This document shows positions 1 to 11,444 of a stretch of 64,000 nucleotides of DNA, in pieces. The translations under genes and the position numbers were made by a program. The notes beneath the pieces are model-generated. The model made no database searches, was not told where the DNA came from, and saw nothing but the letters and a program-made list of their open reading frames with translations. This DNA is from Histomonas meleagridis 2922-C6/04-290x (taxonomy: Eukaryota > Protista > Parabasalia), in NCBI GenBank assembly GCA_020184695.1, contig JAANOX010000230.1, forward strand, positions 71,939-135,938, in the 5' to 3' direction. Position 1 is the stretch's first letter. Every line of letters begins with the position of its first letter.

Positions 1-434
1 TAAAGAACGTGAAAATCCACATCAAAAAGAGATTGCAGCAGGTAAATCACTTATTACATATCTTGAAGGGAATGCAAGGACATCCGCAGCATAAAGAGAA
101 CAAACAACAACAAAATGTTCAACACACGAAACGTTCTAATAAAGAAGCCGAGAAACTTATAGCAAGTTTGAAGAAAGATAAAAATAATAATAAGAACAAG
201 AATCAACGCCAAAAGAAGAACAATATGAAAATTCCAATTAATCATTCTATGGATGCGATTTCACAATTTGTTATTGTTGACGTTTCTGCACCATCGAATA
301 TGAGTCAAGTTGAAAGTACATTGGAAGAACTGAAGAAGAAAGTTCATGAATGGGAATCAGAATTCGTTAAAGCGATTGTTACATTTACGACATCAGAAGA
401 TGGTCGTGTGAAAGTCGACGTGAAAGTTGCATAA
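1..434 (+). CDS. 3' part of an inverted second copy of the Bfr1-like coiled-coil gene (5' end outside window; frameshift near 60-70)
   Basis: C-terminal 61 aa (MDAISQFVIVDVSAPSNMSQVESTLEELKKK...VKVA) identical to ORF 3975..4160 on the minus strand. Confidence 0.7.
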   Translation, partial: KNVKIHIKKRLQQVNHLLHILKGMQGHPQHKENKQQQNVQHTKRSNKEAEKLIASLKKDKNNNKNKNQRQKKNNMKIPINHSMDAISQFVIVDVSAPSNMSQVESTLEELKKKVHEWESEFVKAIVTFTTSEDGRVKVDVKVA

Positions 435-517
435 GTAAGTAAACAAGTAAACAAGTAAACAAAACAATGCACAAACAGAATGAAATTTTATGTAATTAAT
501 GAGAATTTTATGGAATT
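1..517. repeat. Left arm of inverted duplication (partner 3892..4410)
   Basis: Reverse complement of 3892..4410 aligns to 1..517. Near-identical from about 90 onward, with clustered substitutions at about 30-90. Similarity ends at TGGAATT (517 / 3892). Confidence 0.95.
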
Positions 518-2328
518 AAAATGGCATCGAATCAATGCGTTGCAGATGTTTCAGAACATTATTACGCTCGATACTAAATTGTTTTTTCTTCATATTAATC
601 TGGTACCCGAAGCAAATAATTGTTGTGCAAGTAGTGACACAATATCTTTCTGAGTGTTCAACATTTGTAAGCAAACTTTTGCGATTCCATACTCTGTAAT
701 TATTGAAAGTTCGATCTAAGCTGCTGACAAAAATTTGATTGTGTCTTGGGGTATGGATTTTATTCTAACAAATTCTAATATATATTTTAGAGAATTGCTA
801 AATAAACAATTCAGATTATAATATCCTTTGGTTGAATATTCTATGATTGATGAAATATACTAAAATGTTTTTGTGATTTTGAAAAAGCCTTAATGCATAA
901 TTAAATTCGATTTTTTCCTGGTAAAGTTCAACTATTCCGTTGTTTCCCTTCTCTTTTATTAAAAAATAAATATATGATGGTGTTTTTAATATATTTGTTC
1001 TTTAGATATTTAATAAATCTCTTTCATATGTAAAAGATTATTATATATTATTATAATATTCAAAATTGTAAAATTAAATAAATCTCATAATATTCACTCA
1101 TATTTAAATAGAAATATACTTGTCAAGTTTATAACTTAATAAATCCGATTGACAAAATTAATTTCGACAAAATGGTTATGGTTTACGCGTTTTTTATTCT
1201 GCAGTGATAATAACGGATGTTATTGAAACATTAAACGGTTTCGAATTTTGATTGTTTATACAAAAAGTGGAAATCTTTTTTTTAACATGAGGTTACAAAC
1301 GTAATTTTGCGTATTTTTGGATATTACATCAGCAGATTATCGACTTTACGTATGCAAGGAATCATAAAAAAATTATTTGTTATTCTATGAAAAATAACAT
1401 TTTTTCAATTTTTTAAATCAAGCAAAAACGTATTCGAATTTTCACTAAAACATAAATCTCATCATATGTACACATCAGGCGGTTATAAATTTTTATCAAA
1501 AAATATCAACATTTTTTGAATCATCACATATTATCAAAAAAAAAATTTACATATTATCCAACACTATCCAAATTTACACCTGCTATACATGCATGGTTTT
1601 TAATATTTAAAAATTAAAATGTTTATATGTGGAAAAAAATTCATTTTTTTCAAATTTATCCAAAAACACCGACATTTCATTCATTAACATTTTCATATGT
1701 AGATGATATTTTTAAATAAAACCAAGGCCATTTAAACCATCTTTTCCTGTAGAATAATTTTTAATTTAACGAGAAAATTTATGCACCAAGCTATCATTAT
1801 CATGTTGAATGATTTAATGAAAATTGCATATTTCTCGAACATTTCTTGATATAATAATAGTTAATTGATATCTTTATGAATGGCTATATAATATAAATTT
1901 AATGGAAGTGTTTAACTGAGTTTTCTTCAAAATTTAATTTTTGTAAATTATTATCATTTTTCTTATGAAGGAATTTTTTGATCAAGAATTCCCATTTAAT
2001 AGATTTTATATAAAGAAACTGATCTAGTTATATTAAAAAGCTATATCAAAATTTATTGTCGTTTTTATAACACTTACGATCTCCTTATTTTTCCAAATTT
2101 GTTGTTTAAATGTTAAAAAAACAATGAAACTTCAATCATTTTTAATTAGAAATTCTCATGAATTAAATAAATCTTTATCAAAACATTCGCATTCCAATCA
2201 AATTCATAGAAATGTTCACATTAATTCAAAACAGTGAATGCTGTTAACAATTTCCGGTGACTTTCTCGCAAAAAATAATGACTTACTTCATACTTCACTT
2301 AGAAAATGATGATGTGATTAAATTGACT

Positions 2329-2333
2329 TCACA
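2329..2333 (+). promoter_or_regulatory. Initiator (Inr) TCACA
   Basis: Matches trichomonad Inr consensus TCA(+1)YW, 10 nt before ATG 2343. Confidence 0.5.
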
Positions 2334-2342
2334 TTTATACTA

Positions 2343-3453
2343 ATGTTTGCTGTTTTAATTGGACTCTCTTATCGTGTTTCAAAGGCTACTATAGTATATG
2401 GTTCTAGCCTTTCCAATGTCCAAGATGATCTTACAAAAATAAACCTTATAGATTCATACCTCCAAAAAGAATATTCTTTTTCTTCATATGATGCACAATT
2501 AAAATCTCTTATTCAAAGCGCGAAGGATGAGTTTAGCACATGAAATAACTTCTGTCACAGATCCAGAACAAGAATTTAAACTATCTCAATACTCAAATTA
2601 TGATTTATTAGTATTCGACAACCAGCAATCTGGCGTATCAGTTGATTTAGAGGGTGGAACAAATAAAGTTTTTTCGGTTCATCGTCTTAGTTCAATTGAG
2701 ATAAAGAACTCATGCTCTTCCGCACTTGTCGACATTAATTCATCGACAGTTAACTTCCAAAATGCGGCATTTGATAAATTATATGTAAATGAATGTTCTA
2801 TTCAGGGCGACTTTTCTGCAAATTACTTGTTTTCAACAGATCCTTCCCAATTGGAATCAAACGAAAATGTAAAGAATAGAGTATATATTGTAAAAAGCAA
2901 TTCAGTCACAGTTTCTCTTGGCGTTCATTCATATACTGTTGATGGTCATTCGTTTGATTATAGTGTTGGATTAATGTTTAATCCATATACATATGAAAAT
3001 GGGGTTTATTACTCATTAACCATCAATGGCAAAGCTCCATCTGAAGAACTTAAGATTTATTTTGATGAATCATATCAAGCAATGTTAAAATACAAATTTA
3101 ATAATTATCCTCAAATCATAAACAAAGCACAAAATCCTTCAATAATTTCCACAATGCCATACATTTCACTAAGTGGAAAATACACTGGTACACTCAAAAT
3201 ACGTACGTCCATATCAAATGATATTCGAAATTTAATTGATGAAAGTTCAACTATTTCTTCTTCACTATCTTATGAATCATTTTCTTTAACTGATGAAAGT
3301 TTTATACCAACAGCAACAAATACAGCAACACAAACTGGTGGCGAAAGTACAGCAACACCAAGCCCCAGTACAAGTGATGGAGTTAAAATGGGTATCGCAA
3401 AATATTCAATTTCGATAACATTTCTTGCTTTAGCATTAGGTTTAATGCTTTAA
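2343..3453 (+). CDS. Putative secreted/surface glycoprotein, split by one frameshift near 2527-2543
   Basis: ORF 2343..2543 has a signal-like N-terminus (MFAVLIGLSY). Overlapping ORF 2527..3453 has an S/T-rich stalk and a hydrophobic C-terminal tail (ISITFLALALGLML). Confidence 0.6.
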
Positions 3454-3891
3454 TTAAAAAAATCATTTGATTTATTTTTTTCCCCTAAATATATATTCAA
3501 ATTATACAAATATAAAACTATAGCTATTTTCATTTAGTGAGACTTGAAGACTTCGGCTTCATTAAGATGTTGAAGAGAGGGAAGTTGATGTGAATATTCT
3601 AAATATATGGAGAAACACTATTTGATAATTAAAGAATTTGTTTCAAAGTACCAAAAATATTTGTATAGGCAAATAAATTTTGGTATTGAGTTCTTTTTGT
3701 CCAATCTACTTCATTTTGAGTTCTATAACAAATGAATTTTTCTCTGTGAGAAATACGGTGTTTAATGTTCAATAAATAAAGAGACAAATTAGTGAACCGG
3801 CATTTTGTTATAATTTATGAATCCAATATTTTAATTACATAAAATGTTCATGATTCGCATTTGGGTAAAATTATGAAAATGTTTGGATTCA

Positions 3892-4410
3892 AATTCCATA
3901 AAATTCTCATTAATTACATAAAATTTCATTCTGTTTGTGCATTGTTTTGTTTACTTGTTTACTTGTTTACTTACTTATGCAACTTTCACGTCGACTTTCA
4001 CACGACCATCTTCTGATGTCGTAAATGTAACAATCGCTTTAACGAATTCTGATTCCCATTCATGAACTTTCTTCTTCAGTTCTTCCAATGTACTTTCAAC
4101 TTGACTCATATTCGATGGTGCAGAAACGTCAACAATAACAAATTGTGAAATCGCATCCATAGAATGATTAATTGGAATTTTTCATATTGTTCTTCTTTTG
4201 GCGTTGATTCTTGTTCTTATTATTATTTTTTTATCTTTCTTCAAACTTGCTATAAGTTTCTCGGCTTCTTTATTAGAACGTTTCGTGTGTTGTACATTTT
4301 GTTGTTGTTTGTTCTCTTTATGCTTCGGTTGTCCTTGCATTCCTTCCGGATTTGTGATAAGTGGTTTGCGTGCTGCAGTCTCTTTTTGATGTGGATTTTC
4401 ACGTTCTTTA
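3892..4410. repeat. Right arm of inverted duplication (partner 1..517)
   Basis: Same alignment; includes the short AAGTAAAC tandem in the 3' UTR. Confidence 0.95.
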
Positions 4411-5489
4411 ATTTCTCCAATAAGTTTTTTTGACCTTCAAGAATTTGTAACATAGTACGTTCTGCTTCACGATAAATAACATCACGTTCATAATGAATAT
4501 CTGTGATTTGATTAAGTTTGTTTCGATATTCTTTAAGTAATTTACGATATTCATTTTGTTCTTTACCTCGTTCTCCATTAATTCCATTTAATTCTTCACG
4601 AAGTTCTTTGATTTTATTATAATAAACTTGCACTTGATTATTATATTTCTTGGTTTCTTCACGAAGTGAATCAAGTTGTGTTCGTGTACTATTTCGTTTT
4701 TGTAATAATTCACTAATTTGTGTTTGAACTTTCTTCTTTTCTTCATAAAGTTGATTAACACGTTTACGACAGTCATCATCTTCTTTAATAAGTTTATCAG
4801 CACTTACTAACTCTTTCATGACTGTGAAAATTCGATCACGTTCTGATATTAATTTACGAAGTTGTGGGGATGTTAACGTTTCAACTTCAATACGATGATC
4901 AATTTGATCGATTTTCGCAAGCGCTTCTTCCTGATTCTTAATACCTGATTTAGAACGAATGTCTCGAAGTTGAACTTGAAGTTTACTATGTTTATCATTG
5001 TTTTTCTTGAATGTCTTTCTCGATTTGTGATTTCTTTTCATAAAGTTCATTAAGACTACTTTGAATTTGATTAAGTGCATTAGGGTGCTATACCTGAATG
5101 TTTTACTAACATACATGAATCGCGTTTAGCATACTCTTCATCAATCATATGACGATATGTATCAATATTACCTTTGATTTGATTAATACGTTTTTCAAGT
5201 TTTTCTAACTTAAGTGTATGATCTTTTTCTGAAGGTGCAACTGCTTCGCCAAGTTCATGAAGTTTTTTTCATTAAGTTCTTTAATCTTTTCACTTTGAAC
5301 TTCATTTAATTTAATTTGATCAATTGGTGTACGAAGTTGAATCCTTGGTCGACGTGGTTGTTGTGTTGGTTTATCTTCTTGTGTTGAACGTTTCTTATTA
5401 TTAACATTGTTGTTATTGTTGTTGGTAGAACGTCTTTCTTTGTTGTTAAATCCTTGCTTCCTTTGTTGTGTTTTTACTTTGGAATCCAT
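3975..5489 (-). CDS. Coiled-coil protein, Bfr1/proton-pump-interactor-like; several frameshifts
   Basis: ORFs 5205..5525, 4250..5116 and 3975..4160 join through frameshifts, mostly in A-runs, from ATG 5489. Long coiled coil. C-terminal HSMDAISQF..V..P.NMSQVESTLEELKKK resembles the Bfr1/PPI tail (recalled similarity). Confidence 0.5.
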
Positions 5490-5992
5490 AAGGTAAAAAG
5501 TAAAGCTATCTGGCCAAACTGTCAATAAGCGTTCAATTGTGGAAAAGTGTCATGACAGATGGCATACGATGCAAACAAAAATTTTATTGGAAATAGCCTT
5601 TAAAACAGATAACATATAATATACTCTATATAAAGAAATTCAAGGCTTATATATTCCTTTGTTATGTTCTTACATTTTTATCCAAATAATTCTAATCGAC
5701 AAAGCATTATGCAAATAGATTTTTTTTTGAATGCAAAACACGATTAGATTTGCATATGGTTTGAAAATAAAAATAACGAATTTCTTGCTTAGAAAATTTG
5801 ATTAATGAATCATTAATTATATTGCATTCTTTTTAAATTATTCACTCAAATACTTTATAATATTTCAAGAGCGAAACTTAAATCACTATTTTACTTTGAA
5901 TATCTTTAAAAAAGAAATTAAAGAAAAGCTATGATTTATGATATACTTTTTCTTCTCAAAACACTAGTGAATCAAAAAAAAAATCAAAAAAA

Positions 5993-6074
5993 CGACACGA
6001 ACCAGATTCGAACTGATGCGGGACAAGCCCATGGGGACTCTAATCCCACGCCTTAACCACTCGGCCATCGTGTC
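5993..6074 (-). tRNA. tRNA-Ser, anticodon probably AGA (long variable arm)
   Basis: Minus strand reads GACACGA-TG-GCCGAGTGGTTAAGGC-G-TGGGA-TTAGAGT-CCCCA-TGGGCTTGTCCCGC-ATCAG-TTCGAAT-CTGGT-TCGTGTC-G. 7-bp acceptor stem, A and B boxes present, downstream oligo-T terminator. Anticodon stem has one A-C mismatch. Confidence 0.85.
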
Positions 6075-6153
6075 TCTGTTTTTTCGCATTTTATATCAAT
6101 TAATGTATTAAATGAAAGAAAAAGAACTAGATTGAATTCAATTCCAAGTTTAA

Positions 6154-6774
6154 ATGGAAGAAGCGCCAAAAAATATTTCCAGGGCTTCAAGTCAAAATTC
6201 TTCAAGAGAACCAACCCCAACTCCAACTAGAGTAAAACCCGCAAAAGTTAAAAAGAGTTTCTTTCCTATATCACATATTTCTTTTAGAATATTTTTTGGA
6301 ATTTCAACATTTCTTCTTTCCATTATTGCTATTTTGACACAGAGTAATTTAGAGTATTGTGCTGATGATTCACAACTCATCTGCAAAGAATGCCCTAAAC
6401 ATTCAACTTGCACTAGAACCAATTTTTCTTGCCCAGAAAATTATATACAAAATAAAGGACAATGTGTTAAAACTAATTTAACTATTCCAGAACTATCTTG
6501 GCTTCATTTTAATCTAAAAATGAAAATCAAAAATAAGGAAATAAGCACAAAACTAGATTTGTATCAATCAGAATACAAAATGCAGTATACCAGGAATGAC
6601 CTTAAAGCAGGTGTTTTATATGATGAAGAGTATATTTTTGGAACAGATACAAATCAATCCATTATAAAAATACCACCACCTCTTGACTCCCGCTTTGCCT
6701 GGTCATTGTTTGTTTTGTCTTTAATTTCCTTTTTTGCCTCGGTCGAAGCATATATTTACAAATCATATAATTAA
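6154..6774 (+). CDS. Two-TM membrane protein with Cys-rich luminal segment (possibly Man1/Src1-like inner nuclear membrane protein)
   Basis: TM ~aa44-63, CKECPKHSTC..NFSCPENY motif, second TM near C-terminus. Confidence 0.5.
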   Translation: MEEAPKNISRASSQNSSREPTPTPTRVKPAKVKKSFFPISHISFRIFFGISTFLLSIIAILTQSNLEYCADDSQLICKECPKHSTCTRTNFSCPENYIQNKGQCVKTNLTIPELSWLHFNLKMKIKNKEISTKLDLYQSEYKMQYTRNDLKAGVLYDEEYIFGTDTNQSIIKIPPPLDSRFAWSLFVLSLISFFASVEAYIYKSYN

Positions 6775-6799
6775 AGTAAATTTCATATTATTAGATATT

Positions 6800-7141
6800 T
6801 TACTTGTTTGAAGTTGCACGAACGCCAGCTTTTGAGAACCCGGTCATATTTTGTTTCATTAAACGATCAAGAGAGATTTGAAAAGATACTATATCACGTG
6901 CAGTAACAATTGCACTAATTTTCTTTTTGTTTCCATCTGAAGCCCTTATTAAAAGCATAGCTGTACCAGGCTCTCCTCCGCTAACTGATTTAGGCATTGA
7001 TTTTAATGGACCATTTCCTGATTTTTTCACGGAATATTGCCCTGTAAAATGCTTGAATGTTATGAAAACCGAACCTGCTGGTTGTTTTTTGAACATTGCA
7101 TCAAGTTGAGTAATGAAATCCTTTGGTGATAGTTTGACCAT
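6800..7141 (-). CDS. SRP14: Signal recognition particle 14 kDa subunit
   Basis: FITQLDAMF...GSVFITFK...LLIRASDGNKKKISAIV...F..SL..LMK.NM matches the SRP14 pattern; 113 aa. Confidence 0.9.
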   Translation of the reverse strand: MVKLSPKDFITQLDAMFKKQPAGSVFITFKHFTGQYSVKKSGNGPLKSMPKSVSGGEPGTAMLLIRASDGNKKKISAIVTARDIVSFQISLDRLMKQNMTGFSKAGVRATSNK

Positions 7142-7643
7142 TTTGGGTAATTAGTTTCCAATTGAAACAGACCTTGTCAAAAAACAAGAAACGAGGGAAT
7201 AAACTATTTAAATAATTAATCAACAAATTTATGCAAATCCGGAAGATCAATTCTTTTCATGAACAAGATATATTTGAACACTAATCATAAATCATGATTA
7301 TCATTAATGTTTACTCAAAATTTTTGATTAAATAATTTTTCGAAATTAAGTATTAATAATTCATAAATCATGATCAAAGCAAATGATTTTATTCAATTAT
7401 TAACCTAAAAAAATACGCAGCTCCTTAATTTTTTTTCATATTTTCTCAATTTAATCAAAAATAAAAATTATTTTTTTCACTAAAGTTAAAATAATTATCT
7501 CACACAAACGCTCATCATTTTGTTCATATGCTAATCTTCTTATTAGTTTTGGTGAATCATAAATATCAATTTTATTTTTAACGTTCCACAATTGTAAAAA
7601 AATTCATAACTTTATTTCATTTACACACATCAAATTAACGTTT

Positions 7644-9059
7644 CTATTTATCGTCTGCTAATTGCGTTAGCGAAGCTTCCAGATAAGCGATTGATGCCAT
7701 TACTCTTGAAGTAAATCCCGGCAGACAAGAGAAGTTATTTATGAAGTTCATTAATCTGTTTGGGTCTGGTTCTCCTGTTGCGCAAACTAATGCCATCCAA
7801 ATTTCGAAAATCTCATCAAACCCGGGCATTTTCTGGTAGAAGTCCTCCACATCTGAGTTTTCTTTCTTTGAAGTAACTCTTAACACTGCCATTACCGACA
7901 AAGCTTCATGTACCTTAACAATGCAATAAGCAGCGTCAATTGGGGAAAATTGATTTATCGCACTATGGAACCATTCCTTAGGAGCGCGAGAAATGGAATC
8001 AACTTCGAACATTTCGATAACAGGTTTCCCAACGCATTGCTCAGGAACGAACTTGTCGAGGATTCCGATGTCTTTTGGTGTTCTTTTTCCGAAATTTTCC
8101 ATTTTCTTGACAAGCTCTTCGTCATATGAAGGCTCAGGATAAAACTTTGGATAAGTTTCGGCAAACAAAAACCGAACTAAAAGGATTTCCAATGCAGCAA
8201 CTTGATCATCATTTAATTCATTATTCCCATACCACTTTATAAATGATGCTACCGAGTTGCTGATCCATTGCTTTACCGAATCGTTGTCATTTCCGCCGTC
8301 GTAAGGATATAAAACTTTCCCATTGTTAAATTGCGGATTTAATAATGGTGATTTCGGAGAACGAAAGAAGACATGTAATGTGTCTTCGCTCGGGAGCTCA
8401 ATAAAATACGATGTTCCGGGCTTTTTGGCCATGACTCCGGCATCAATAATATCTTTGAGATATGATTTGTTCTCATTGTCTGAATCAAATGGTGTTGGTA
8501 TCATTTGGAGGCGGACTTGTTGATAATGCGCAAAACTTCGGATCATATTTCGCTTCAAAACTGACGGAGGAGCTGATGATGGACGAAATTTTTGGCCAAC
8601 TATAGCCCGTTCGACTTTGACCGAAAAAGGAATGGGCTTGTTAATCAGATAGTCCATTAAGTTTTGGAGATCGACAAGAAGTTGACGATGAGAATCTAAT
8701 TGAGATATTCGATGTTTGTCCGATTTGATGTTCATACGCACAATCTTGTCGATAAGAAATCGAAATATGAGACGCACATCACGATTGGATTCGGTTCGAG
8801 TCGGAATTGGAATTTTTTTGAGTTTGTCTGGATCTTTTTGTTTGAGAGCTTCAATGCGTTCATTGATTTCTTCGTGCGCTTTGACGATCTTTTCTTTGCA
8901 TTCTTTGAAATGCATTAGAAGTCGATCAATTAACTGTGTATCTTGTAGAATAAATGTTTCGTCAAGAAGTATGAGATAACGTGAAAGAATGGACCAATCT
9001 GTGGTGGTCTTAAAGTCACCACCGGTCTCAAGGAATATCTGTGATGGTGTTTTGTGCAT
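7644..9059 (-). CDS. Hypothetical protein with degenerate VPS9-like C-terminus
   Basis: 471-aa ORF. MPGFDEIFEIW...IAYLEASL resembles VPS9 helices. Confidence 0.5.
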   Translation of the reverse strand: MHKTPSQIFLETGGDFKTTTDWSILSRYLILLDETFILQDTQLIDRLLMHFKECKEKIVKAHEEINERIEALKQKDPDKLKKIPIPTRTESNRDVRLIFRFLIDKIVRMNIKSDKHRISQLDSHRQLLVDLQNLMDYLINKPIPFSVKVERAIVGQKFRPSSAPPSVLKRNMIRSFAHYQQVRLQMIPTPFDSDNENKSYLKDIIDAGVMAKKPGTSYFIELPSEDTLHVFFRSPKSPLLNPQFNNGKVLYPYDGGNDNDSVKQWISNSVASFIKWYGNNELNDDQVAALEILLVRFLFAETYPKFYPEPSYDEELVKKMENFGKRTPKDIGILDKFVPEQCVGKPVIEMFEVDSISRAPKEWFHSAINQFSPIDAAYCIVKVHEALSVMAVLRVTSKKENSDVEDFYQKMPGFDEIFEIWMALVCATGEPDPNRLMNFINNFSCLPGFTSRVMASIAYLEASLTQLADDK

Positions 9060-9797
9060 TTGTGTGTAATTTGATAAAATTTGATAACTTTACATATTAC
9101 TTCATATAACATGTCACTTTTGTCAAAATCTGTTTACGTCATTTTAATAAAAATTCTTTTTGTTTTTTTATATGGCTGAGTTAACCAAATCTTAATGTTT
9201 GGTTTCAGGCTGAAAATGGTTTCACTTGAAAGCAAAGCGTTGCAAGATAAAAAACTTGTTAAAGAATCGTTTTCAATTGAAATATTGTTCAAAAAAGTTC
9301 TATCGCTACCATTTCATTCGTGTCAATTGAAAAATTTCATAAACAAAAAAATAACATTTGTAATTTGATAGTTGAATTGTAAAATTTAAAATTACATTTA
9401 GAATTAATTAATATAAAAAAAATGAATTTTAGCTATTATGTAATTGATTGAAATTTCTTTATAACTTCCACGATTTAAAAAGCGATTATAATATTTCATA
9501 GATCCTTCAAATAATCTTCAATATTTGATATCAAATTACAAAAATATTCTTTAAAAAAATAGGAATCCAAATTTGGCCTATTTTCACTTTTTCATATCAT
9601 ATCTGGCCGTACGTTAATTAATTGTATACGCAGAAAAAATGACTATTTAATTTCTCGTATCGTCAATTAACCTTTACCTAAATGCCGCGGTTTCTAACCT
9701 CAAACAAAAGTGGTCAAATCTGCTTATTTCAGACCCTATCGTACGTAAACAATTCAATTGCCAAATTCAGTCACATACAGCTCTAGCTTCGACACTA

Positions 9798-10823
9798 ATG
9801 ACGAACGAAATACCCCATGGCGACCAAACACCAATTCTCATCTTTGTTAATTCCGTCAGTGGTGGCGGAATAGCAGCCGGGGTGATTCCGTATGTAGAGA
9901 ATGATGTTTTCATTAAAGTCGTAAAATTACCGTCAGAAGCATCAACATTCCGTGAAACTCATGCAGAACTTCTCCGCAATCCAAGTTTGCGTATTGTTGC
10001 TGCCGGAGGTGATGGAACTGTTAATTGGGTTATCTCTTTATTAAAACCAATATTTAGCCTTGACGAAACGCCAAATCAATACCGGCCACCACTTGCAGTG
10101 ATTCCATTTGGTACCGGTAATGATATGAGTCGATCATTAGGGTGGGGCGGCGGAATGATGAATGCTGATTTACATCGCGTACCTGAAATCATCCGAAAGA
10201 TGCGAAATTCGACACACGTTGAAAACATTGACATATGGCAGCTTACTCTTACTGATACGTCGAGTCAAGAAGTCGTCACCAAACAAATGTTAAATTATTT
10301 CTCAATCGGCGTCGATGCCGAAGTAGCGTTAGATTTTGAACATTGTCGAACCGGATGTTGCAAGTGCTGTTTCTGTTGCCAATGTATGTCATTATGTTGT
10401 TACATTCCAGTCGGAGCATCGAATCTGTTTTGCAAGCGGAACATCAGAGACTATTGCAAAGTCATGATCAAAGAAAACGATGAAAGCGAGCCACGCGAAA
10501 TGTTGTTAAGGCGAGGAGAGAAGACAGTTGTTGTTCAAGCGATACCAAATATTTATGCTGGAAGAGACTTATGGAGGAACACAAGTGATAGAGGAATGTG
10601 CGATCATAAGTTCGAAGTCATTGCGCAAGGCGGCGTAATGAAATTGGGATTGCTGCAAATAGGCTGCAGAACTGGAAGGCCTATAATTCAAGGAGTAAGT
10701 ACAGAAATGCATGTCGATGAGCCTTTTTATTATCAGGTAGACGGCGAAGGTGGTATGGTGAACAACCCAACGACTGTGAAGATAGAAAGATCTGGCTCAT
10801 ATCCAATGGTGTTTAGTGAATAA
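9798..10823 (+). CDS. Diacylglycerol kinase (catalytic + accessory domain)
   Basis: FVNSVSGGG, AAGGDGTVNWV, IPFGTGNDMSRSLGWG, NYFSIGVDA, QVDGEG motifs. Confidence 0.92.
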   Translation: MTNEIPHGDQTPILIFVNSVSGGGIAAGVIPYVENDVFIKVVKLPSEASTFRETHAELLRNPSLRIVAAGGDGTVNWVISLLKPIFSLDETPNQYRPPLAVIPFGTGNDMSRSLGWGGGMMNADLHRVPEIIRKMRNSTHVENIDIWQLTLTDTSSQEVVTKQMLNYFSIGVDAEVALDFEHCRTGCCKCCFCCQCMSLCCYIPVGASNLFCKRNIRDYCKVMIKENDESEPREMLLRRGEKTVVVQAIPNIYAGRDLWRNTSDRGMCDHKFEVIAQGGVMKLGLLQIGCRTGRPIIQGVSTEMHVDEPFYYQVDGEGGMVNNPTTVKIERSGSYPMVFSE

Positions 10824-11444
10824 ATGTTTCTCTTAATTAAGTTTGATGTGCAACGATAAGTGTTTTTGAGTGGAAAATGATCGTTTCCCGCAAACGATAA
10901 ACGGTTATATTCAGAATCTATTTAAACGGTTTCTTAGAACTTCGATTTTGCTATAAAAAATGAAAATGTATGTGATGTTTATTTATATATTTTTTGATAC
11001 TAAGAATATCTTATGCAAATCTTAGCAAATAATGCCAAAATTGCAACACAATTGGCTAATCAATTTTTGAAATTGCATTTTGAAGTGCATTGCGCAATAA
11101 AGAAACATAAGAGAATATAATAGCTATTATATAACAACAATTTGTATAAATATTGACAGCTTAATTTTGCTTATAAATTCTGCACTTCAGTGAACAACTT
11201 GACAATCGTTGATGCAACCGTTTGTTGTATTTTCCGTAACCTCCTGAAAATTGCTGATTTCGTGAAAACATTTCGTTTTTGATAAATTTTTATTTAAAAC
11301 ATTATAATTTATGACTAATTCTACACGTAAAACTAATAAAATGCGTTATTAAACAATTTGTTTTCGATTTTAAAATGACGAAATTTGATATCAAATTTTG
11401 ATGCACAAACTGATTTTTAGTATTTATATTCATAAAAAGAATAT

